A stretch of 64,000 nucleotides of DNA from an uncultured Chloroflexia bacterium (lineage in GTDB: Bacteria > Chloroflexota > Anaerolineae > Anaerolineales > UBA4823). The notes under the pieces are model-generated. The model had not been told where the DNA came from. It saw nothing but the letters and a program-made list of their open reading frames with translations, and made no database searches. Location of the stretch: NCBI GenBank assembly GCA_963788305.1, contig CAWBGK010000015.1, positions 43,037 to 107,036 of the forward strand. Direction: 5' to 3'. The translations under genes were made by a program, and so were the position numbers. Positions 56,419-64,000 of this stretch are shown here, piece by piece (position 1 is the first letter of the stretch; each line of letters begins with the position of its first letter).

Positions 56419-58950
56419 GAGTTAGAACGGGTCCGCTTCAGATCGGATTGGACGAGCCAATCCGGGCGATCTGGTTTTTGGATCCGTTTGAGTGAATTCT
56501 TCAAGAATGCTTTCCATGAAAGCATGCGGATATCCCTTGCGGAACGTTGAGCAAGGGCCAAATCGACAGGTCTTTCGCTGAAAGTCCCGATCTGGTACTG
56601 GCGCACGAGCTCTCTGGCGGGAGCGTCCGCTGGCGGGAGGATCCGGCCCAGCGTTTCTGCCCGTTCAGAAGGGGTATCGGTCAGCATTGGGGGGCTGCCA
56701 GAAAGGTTCAATCCTCGATTGATCTCGAGATATGCCTGCGAAAGAAGCGGAAGCTCCGAGCGGCGAGCCCAACGCTGGATAAATTGAGGAGGCTGCAGGC
56801 CAAGTTTTATGATCCAGCGTTCAATCAAGAGCGGTAAGGCGGGCAACCTGATGGGACTTAGGTGCTGGAGCGGCTTGCAGTTTTAAAATCCAACGTCTTA
56901 CCGGCGGCGGGGTTTCTATGCCCAATCTTATGAAGATTGACTCGAGAATTGTGGGTGCATCTGGCAGACCCAGAAGAGGTAGAAATCGCAGGCTGTAAGA
57001 CCAATAAGGCGATCCCGGCAGCAAGGAGGGCGAACCAGGCAGACCTGGCGAAGCAAGTTTGGCCGGGTAGAGACTGACGCCGATTGAGCAGCCTGATTTC
57101 GCAGGAGCTCCATCTGCTGGCGCTTGTCTTCCCGAAGAGCTTCCAATTCCTGCGCTTCGGTAAGATTACTCAATGCAGCACCGGCGTTGATTCTGCTGTC
57201 TGGCGATTTCCGGTTGAGAGGCAGTTGGCTCAAACTCCACCCAACCCAGGTCGGGAAAATAGACTTCCGGCCAGGCGTGCGAATCGCGCTGGCGGACGAT
57301 GAAAACCTTCGCTTCTGGAGGTTTATTGCCTTCGTTTTCAACGACCTGCTCACCCTGGGCAAAACCAACAGCGTATCGCGCCGGGATACCGAGAGATCGA
57401 AGCAGAATGACCTGTGCTGATGCGTAATAGTTGCAGAAACCGGATTTTGATTCGAACAAAAACCAATCGATCGGCTCTACCCGTGCAGGCGGGGCTTCTG
57501 CCAGGAAGGGAACGTAGCGGATATTTTCGCGCAAATAGCGTGTTATCGCAGCTGCCTTGTCATAAGGGGTATCCAACCCCGCGGTGATTTGTTCGGCCAG
57601 GGCGATGGTGCGGGGAGTGATCGAATCCGGCAGCTGTAGATAACGGTCACGGATCCATGCCGGGTAATCAGATCCCGACCGGCGCAACATCTCTACCGGT
57701 GCGGCGCTGACCGATGTGAGGACATCATAACGTTCGCCAGGTCCAACCGGAGCAGCAGCCAGATAAGTCACGAAATCAATCGTCCCATCTGGATTTTCTC
57801 CATATTCCAGATCGCCAGCGCGGCTGACCCACAGGGGTTGGGAAGGCATGAAAAGCGTGGTGAGATTGGCTGCGCTGAAAATGTAGTACTGAGCCAGCCA
57901 GCGCTGCACTCCGGTTTCAACCGGCATTTCCCCGGTCGCCGGGTCAAACGGTTGGCTGTTCTCCATGGTCGATCGCCAAATGCCATGTTGATAGCTGTCA
58001 AAGACCCGCGCCCGCCAGTATAGACGCACTTCAGGCGGCGTTGTGATGGGAGCGAAGGCATGAAAAATCTGATTATCGCTGAGCTGAGCGCCGCGTCCTA
58101 AGGTGGAAGTGGAACTGTAAACCGTTGTGTAAGAGAAGATCGTGGCCTTCAACGAAGCGAATGCGTTTTCAAAGTTGTTAATGGTTTCATTCCAGGCATC
58201 TTGGACAGGTCGCCATGCCCGGCGAGCTTCAGGCAGGGCATTGGCCATGGCAGGCGCAGTCCAGGCGAGGATCACGATCACAAATACAATGAAAATGGTA
58301 TACCGCACAAAATCCAGGCTGATGTGAGGAGGCAGAGTGGTGCGGATTTCACGCCAGCGGCTCTGGCGGTGGTTGAATGTCATCCGAGCGACCAGGATTA
58401 ACGCAAAGAAAAGGTACGCTGCCAGGTACCAGACCCGATCTGCGACAGCGGAATCGAACGAATGGATGATAAACAGGGCCAGCCCGCCGGGCAGGATAGC
58501 CAGCCATGGGTCTCCGCGTCGAACCAGGATATAACTGGAGAAGACTGCGATCACCCAGAAAAGTAAAAAAAAGATGATCAGGAACAGCAGAGAATCGCTC
58601 ACTGGCTCTCGATAGGCAAGCTGAGAGAGGATGATCTGCAGCCTGTTCATCAGGATGATGATCCGCTCTGACCACGAATAAGCCGCCGGCAGGGTGAGGC
58701 CAAGCTGCCACGGAATCGCAAATAGCCCATAGATGAAGGCAAAAATGACTGTTGTTCTTGGTGAAAATCTGCTTAAGCCAAGCAAGAAACCAGCGATCAC
58801 GCCAAAGAAGGCCAGGGTCTGGACGATAGAAAGATGACCGGTCCAATCCGTTGCTACAAGCCTGGATGCAGAAATGAGCATGGCTGCCATCAGCAGCAGC
58901 GCGGATGCGGCATCCCACCATCGAATTGGATTAGATCGAGAGTTGCTCAT
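56415..58950 (-). CDS. Transglutaminase-like membrane protein (TgpA-type) with a long C-terminal extension, apparent frameshifts
   Basis: Track ORF 57166..58950 has a multi-TM N-terminus and the core ..GFCNYYASAQVILLRSLGIPARYAVGF..SHAWPEVYF... The tail fragments are 56928..57368, 56821..57024 and 56415..56846. The stop overlaps the cyclase start by 4 nt. Confidence 0.7.
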
Positions 58951-59339
58951 AATCAGACAAAACAGACCAACATTAGTCCTTCTGCTGTAGTTTATAACAC
59001 ACTATCTCAAACAGGGAAAGGCTTTATTGGCGAGCAGGACTTGCAGGCAGTAAAGATGTGGCTGGTGGTGACTTTTTCGCTTGAGAAAACTGATGCGATT
59101 CCAGAGTTTACCGCAATCCAGGCTCGTTGCATAGAATAGAATCGGTTATTAACCCAGGTCTAAAGAACGGTGTCGGTTTATTCCTTAATGCAGGACAACA
59201 GCTCAGAGAAGGTGAAGAGAGCTTGAGGCCCGATTGTGTTAGGGAACGATTAAAATATGGTAAAATTTCCAAAATTGCCCCCCAAAAGAAGGGGATTTGT
59301 ATTTCAAATTTCAAAAATCTCGCCCCGACAGGAGAATAA

Positions 59340-59699
59340 ATGGTTACACAAGACTGGTTATTTGTAGGGATATTCTTGCTGTTGGCTCCAGCTTTACCAG
59401 CGATCGCCCTGCTGATCCCGCGGTTGATTGCTCCCAGAAAACCTAATCCGATCAAGATGCAGACTTATGAATGCGGAATTGAGACAGTCGGTGCTTCCTG
59501 GGTGCAATTCAAAGTTCAATATTACATCTTCGCACTGGTCTTTTTGATCTTTGACGTGGAAATGGTATTTTTATTTCCGTGGGCAGCAGCATTTGACCAA
59601 TTGCCTTTGTATGCGGTGTTTGAGGGCGTTTTATTCGTCTTGATTCTGGTTGCTGGACTGATATACGCCTGGCGTAAAGGCGCGCTACAATGGGATTAG
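59340..59699 (+). CDS. nuoA: NADH-quinone oxidoreductase subunit A
   Basis: Intact 119-aa track ORF containing ..YECGIE.. and ..FLIFDVEMVFLFPWA... Confidence 0.85.
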   Translation: MVTQDWLFVGIFLLLAPALPAIALLIPRLIAPRKPNPIKMQTYECGIETVGASWVQFKVQYYIFALVFLIFDVEMVFLFPWAAAFDQLPLYAVFEGVLFVLILVAGLIYAWRKGALQWD

Positions 59700-59848
59700 A
59701 CCCGGAATTGAGCCAGGCTGGTGGATATTTGGTTCTGGGAAACTCAAAATTGAAAAGGCTGCAGGAGATGTCCTCAGCCTTTTGGTTGTTAATCGCCGGG
59801 ATGATTGGCGAAGACAATGGTACTGCTGAACGATAGAGGAGATTAGGA

Positions 59849-61048
59849 ATGTCTGATCCGATCAACTTAATAGCAGAATGGCTGAGAGGATTATTTACAA
59901 GCTGGGGCTTATCTTCTGGCCTGACGGTATTCATCATGTCTCTGCTCGGTGTAGTCCTTGTAGCTGTGTTTGTGCTGCTTGTGGATATTGTCCTGGTCTG
60001 GGTGGAGCGAAAGGTGGTTGCACGCTTCCAGGATCGGCTTGGTCCCAACCGTCTGGGTCCGTTTGGATTGATCCAGCCGATCGCCGATGTCATCAAGCTT
60101 TTGATCAAAGAAGATATCACTCCAGAAGGAGCCGATCGGGTGGTCTTCAATATCGCCCCGATTCTGGCCCTGGCGACGGTGCTGATCCTTTGGGCGGTGA
60201 TACCCTTCTCTTCCACGATGCTGGGAGCCGACCTTAATGTAGGCGTGCTGTTCATTATAGCGGCCGGTGCGATCGGGTCATTGGGGATCATCATGGCAGG
60301 CTGGGCATCCAACAATAAGTATGCGCTGCTGGGTGCATTCAGGATGGTCGCCAACATGGTCTCCTATGAAGTACCGATGGTAGTTACGCTGCTCGTCCCG
60401 GTAATTCTGGCGCGTTCGATGTCGATCAATGACATCGTCAACGAGCAAAGCATCTGGTATATCGTGGTTGTACCGCTGGCGGCGTTGATTTTTCTGATCA
60501 CGGCGATTGCCGAGCTTGGGCGCGCCCCATTCGACTTGAATGAGGCGGAATCCGAAATAGTCGCCGGTTTCCACATCGAATACACCGGGATGAAGTTCGG
60601 GATGTTCTACGCCGGTGAGCTTCTGCACGCTTTGACCATGGGGGCGCTTTTCTCGTGCTTCTTTCTTGGCGGTTGGCGAGGCCCGGGCGCCGAACAATTT
60701 CCGCTGCTGGGCGTTGTATACCTCTTCATGAAATCGTTTCTGCTCTACCTCGTGATCATGTGGGTCAAATATTCGCTGCCGCGGATTCGAATTGACCATA
60801 TGTTGGAGTTCAGCTGGAAATTCTTAACTCCGCTTGCCCTGGCCGTCATGCTGACGATTGCGGTGATGGATAAACTGCTGGGAGCGCCGGGGACTTTGAC
60901 CTATACTTTGGGGATGCTGATTGCTAATATCGTGATCGCCTGGATTGCCCTTTCGCTGGTACGTAAATTTTTCAAGCTGGAACGAAAGCGGGTGAGCGAA
61001 GTCCGTCCGGTTGCTTCGCCAGACCTTGGCCGGATGGGCGGCGATTAG
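59849..61048 (+). CDS. nuoH: NADH-quinone oxidoreductase subunit H
   Basis: Intact 399-aa track ORF containing ..VERKVVARFQDRLGPNRLGPFGLIQPIADVIKL.. and ..LGRAPFDLNEAESEIVAGFHIEYTGMKF... Confidence 0.9.
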   Translation: MSDPINLIAEWLRGLFTSWGLSSGLTVFIMSLLGVVLVAVFVLLVDIVLVWVERKVVARFQDRLGPNRLGPFGLIQPIADVIKLLIKEDITPEGADRVVFNIAPILALATVLILWAVIPFSSTMLGADLNVGVLFIIAAGAIGSLGIIMAGWASNNKYALLGAFRMVANMVSYEVPMVVTLLVPVILARSMSINDIVNEQSIWYIVVVPLAALIFLITAIAELGRAPFDLNEAESEIVAGFHIEYTGMKFGMFYAGELLHALTMGALFSCFFLGGWRGPGAEQFPLLGVVYLFMKSFLLYLVIMWVKYSLPRIRIDHMLEFSWKFLTPLALAVMLTIAVMDKLLGAPGTLTYTLGMLIANIVIAWIALSLVRKFFKLERKRVSEVRPVASPDLGRMGGD

Positions 61049-61084
61049 CCCGACCGGATTAGCTGTGATTGTGGGAGTGTATCG

Positions 61085-61591
61085 ATGGTCCTTCAAATCG
61101 TTTTCATCTTTGTTGCGTTGATCACCCTGGGGAGTGCGCTGATGGTGGTCACTTCACCAAACCTGATCCATTCTGCGCTGTGGCTCGTCGTGGCGCTGTT
61201 TGGGATCGCAATTGTCTTTGCGATCCTGCAGGCAGGCTTCCTGGCAGTCGTTCAGGTGGTTGTTTACATTGGCGCGATTGCGATCCTGATGATCTTTGCG
61301 ATCATGCTCACCCGAAAGCTCGCCCAGGATGCTGGACCGCGGTTCAACGAGAATTGGGGTTGGGCTGGCGCGATTTCGGTGATCCTGTTTGGCGCATCCG
61401 TCTGGATGATCGCGAGCTGGCCGGGATTTTCTGTGACAGCCCAAGCACTGGGACCGCGTGCAGATACGTTGAAAGATTTGGGCACGGCGCTGGTTTCGCA
61501 AAACGGCTATGTGCTGCCATTTGAGCTGGCGTCGGTGCTGTTGTTGGCTGCGCTGATCGGGTCTCTCGTCATCGCCTGGGAAAGGAAGTAA
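61085..61591 (+). CDS. nuoJ: NADH-quinone oxidoreductase subunit J
   Basis: Intact 168-aa track ORF containing ..NLIHSALWLVVALFGIA..VVQVVVYIGAIAILMIFAIML... Confidence 0.85.
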   Translation: MVLQIVFIFVALITLGSALMVVTSPNLIHSALWLVVALFGIAIVFAILQAGFLAVVQVVVYIGAIAILMIFAIMLTRKLAQDAGPRFNENWGWAGAISVILFGASVWMIASWPGFSVTAQALGPRADTLKDLGTALVSQNGYVLPFELASVLLLAALIGSLVIAWERK

Positions 61592-61600
61592 GAGGCCATC

Positions 61601-61909
61601 ATGATCCCACTCTCCTGGATATTGATCTTTGCGGCTGCACTTTTTGCGATTGGGTTATATGGGGTATTAGCTCGAAAGAATGCGATCGCAATCCTGATGG
61701 GCATCGAGCTGATGCTTAATGCGGTCAACGTAAATCTGGTGGCATTCTGGCGATACCGATCCCCTGAGATGATCGGCGGACAGGTATTTGCCGTGATCGT
61801 GCTGGCGGTAGCGGCAGCGGAAGTGGCCGTTGGCCTGGCACTTTTCATATCCATCTATCGCAGACGAGATACCATTGCTGCCGATCAGATCGACCTGATG
61901 AAATGGTAA
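61601..61909 (+). CDS. nuoK: NADH-quinone oxidoreductase subunit K
   Basis: Intact 102-aa track ORF containing ..GIELMLNAVNVNLVAF.. and ..AAAEVAVGLALF... Confidence 0.85.
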   Translation: MIPLSWILIFAAALFAIGLYGVLARKNAIAILMGIELMLNAVNVNLVAFWRYRSPEMIGGQVFAVIVLAVAAAEVAVGLALFISIYRRRDTIAADQIDLMKW

Positions 61910-61965
61910 GCGCGGCGGGATTTGAAATGCTGAGAATGCCTGGAACCTGCTAGAGAGGTAACTTT

Positions 61966-64000
61966 ATGACGACAGAAACCTTATTATGGCTTGTACCGCT
62001 TCCGCCCGTGTTGGCGTTCTTCCTGATTGTGCTTTTCACGCACCGCCGCAAGGGGCTCAGCCACGGCATTGCAATCGGGGCGGCATTGCTCTCATGGTTG
62101 GGCAGCATGGTTATTATCTTCCGTGCAATCCAGGTGGAACATCTTGGAAGGCATCCTTTTGAAACCTCCATCCCCTGGCTGCCGACCGGCGACACCTGGC
62201 TGCGGATTGGGATGCTGGTTGACCCGCTCACAGCTGTCACGCTGTTCTTTGTCGGCTGGACTGTGCTGATGATCTTCATCTACAGCGTGGATTATCATAA
62301 TTATAAACAACCAAAAGGTGACCACGACCGGCCAGGTCTGCCGCCGCACGGCGCTGGCCGTGATGGATATCCACGGCCGCAAGCACAGCGTGCCGTCGGT
62401 CGAGCCGATGTACTCGCGCTTCTTTGCGTTCATCGGGCTGTTTGCTGCGGGGATGTACCTGCTGGTGCTTTCGGATAACCTGCTGACTCTTTTCGTCGGC
62501 TGGGAGATCATGGGCCTGTGCTCTTATCTTTTGATCGGTTTCTGGTACGGAAAACCGTCAGCCCGCGCCGCGATGATCAAGGCATTTCTGACGACCCGGG
62601 TGGGCGATATGTTCATGCTGCTGGGGATCGCATACCTCTATTCGGTAGCCGGGACGCTGAATTACCGCGAGATTTTCTACAATCCGGAGATGTTGGATAA
62701 GCTGGCGAACATGCCTTCGTATATCGTTGGGCTTTCTGCAGCCAGTTTGATCGGTATCCTGCTGTTTTTCGGAACGATCGGAAAATCAGCACAATGGCCG
62801 CTGCACGTGTGGCTTCCGGATGCGATGGAAGGACCGACGCCCGTTTCGGCGATGATCCATGCGGCAACGATGGTCTCTGCAGGTGTGTATATGGTGATCC
62901 GTGTCTACCCGCTGATGGCTGCCGGGATGGATCACAGCCACGGATTAACCCCGCCGCTGGCTTTCATGGCGATCATTGGGACATTTACTGCAATCTTCGC
63001 GGCGACGATCGCTGTGGCGCAGAATGACATCAAGCGCGTGCTGGCTTATTCTACGATCTCGCAGCTGGGTTTCATGATTGCTGCACTTGGAATTGGCGCA
63101 TATGTCGCCGCCGCTTTCCACCTTGTGACGCATGCATTCTTCAAAGCGCTGCTCTTCCTGGGCTCGGGATCGGTGATCCACGGCATGGAACACGGCGTGC
63201 TGCACACCGGGGACCACCAGATGGATCCCCAAAATATGCAGAACATGGGCGGTTTGCGTAAGAAAATGCCGGTGACATTCTGGACGTTCCTGATCGGTGG
63301 GTTTGCGCTTTCCGGGTTCCCAATTTTGACTGCAGGTTTCTGGTCGAAGGACGAGATCCTGGCAGACGCCTGGGCGCACATGCCGGCAGTGTTTATCGTT
63401 TTGGCACTGGCGGCGCTGCTGACTGCCTTTTACACGATGCGACAGATAACGATGACCTTCCTGGGCGAAGCGCGCACGAAGGAAGCGGGGCATGCGGTCG
63501 AATCGAAACGCTCGATGACCTTCCCGCTGGTGGTGCTGGCCTTTTTTGGGGTCACGATCGGCTGGGTGGGAATCCCCGAGGAGTTCCCAGTGATTGGAGG
63601 ATTGATCCCCAACTGGTTCCATGAATTTGTCGGCGGCACACTGCTGGAGCACCCTGAGCCGGTTGCATTCTCCTGGATCCCTCTGCTGACATCGCTGGTT
63701 GTCGCACTGGGCGGGCTGGCGCTCGGCTATTATGTTTACCGGGATGTCAGGCGGGATGAGAAGGATCCGGTAGAAAAGGCTCTTGGAGCAACGGTATACC
63801 GCTGGCTGAAAAACAAGTACTATTTTGATGAGCTCTACGACCGCATCTTCGTCCAGCCGGCATCCTGGTTGGCTGTCACTTTCACTTCTTTGTGGATGGA
63901 CCGTAAGGTGATTGATGGCATCCTGCATTGGTTCGCCTACATCACCGGGATCATCGGCAACTTCTTGAGGAATTATATTGACAAGCCGATCGTCAACGGC
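61966..64000 (+). CDS. nuoL: NADH-quinone oxidoreductase subunit L (one apparent frameshift near 62355; 3' end beyond the window)
   Basis: Track ORF 61966..62478 gives the N-terminus. From about 62363 a long frame stays open to the window end, so it is absent from the track. It reads ..YSRFFAFIGLFAAGMYLLVLSDNLLTLFVGWEIMGLCSYLLIGFWY..KSAQWPLHVWLPDAMEGPTPVSAMIHAATMV... Confidence 0.85.

Noticed and set aside
59690-59836. 48-codon ORF in the nuoA-nuoH spacer as a possible nuoB remnant
   Set aside because: The similarity to NuoB N-termini is too weak to support by eye. I mention it only as something to test.
59509-60357. 282-aa minus-strand ORF; similar cases at 60278..60799 and 62945..63928
   Set aside because: These are antisense to the conserved nuoA/nuoH/nuoL genes.

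Overview
The window is a moderately GC-rich bacterial chromosome segment. Gene content and T-box usage resemble Chloroflexota/Anaerolineae-type genomes, but that is inference only.

**Positions 1 to about 8905.** This part is visibly AT-richer. It holds a unidirectional minus-strand array typical of an integrated phage- or satellite-like element:
- tyrosine integrase
- PrimPol with a CHC2 zinc finger
- VirE-like P-loop NTPase
- HTH protein
- lipoprotein
- J-domain protein running off the left edge

The element abuts tRNA-Lys(UUU). Two of its genes carry in-frame TAG codons. Every host-gene interruption whose reading frames I compared is a frameshift.

**The rest of the window is core or accessory chromosome:**
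- acetamidase, a Fic protein and a truncated cyclase
- a UroD-like / NapH-like polyferredoxin / Tat-DUF362 cluster
- SIS and CinA-type proteins
- metG, rpoD, a DUF177 (YceD-family) gene and rdgB
- a GAF histidine kinase
- tRNA-Val followed by a Thr T-box and thrS-infC-rpmI-rplT
- an M1 peptidase and a metallophosphoesterase
- tRNA-Ala followed by a Leu T-box, then two divergent tandem leuS genes separated by a zinc-ribbon ORF
- a REC plus degenerate GGDEF protein
- a small stress/detox cluster (isochorismatase, two DinB, CutA, ABM, AlkA-like, creatininase, RidA)
- an envelope-polysaccharide operon ending in two coupled FemAB-family genes
- a D-cysteine desulfhydrase-like enzyme
- a transglutaminase-like membrane protein coupled to a GAF-PAS adenylate cyclase
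- a membrane-arm-only nuoA-H-J-K-L cluster running off the right edge

**Caveat.** Roughly 40 or more genes are split by apparent 1-nt frameshifts, many in short homopolymers. I report these as single genes spanning the ORF-track fragments. Whether they are assembly indels or real pseudogenes cannot be decided from the sequence alone.

I recognised no CRISPR array, rRNA or transposase.
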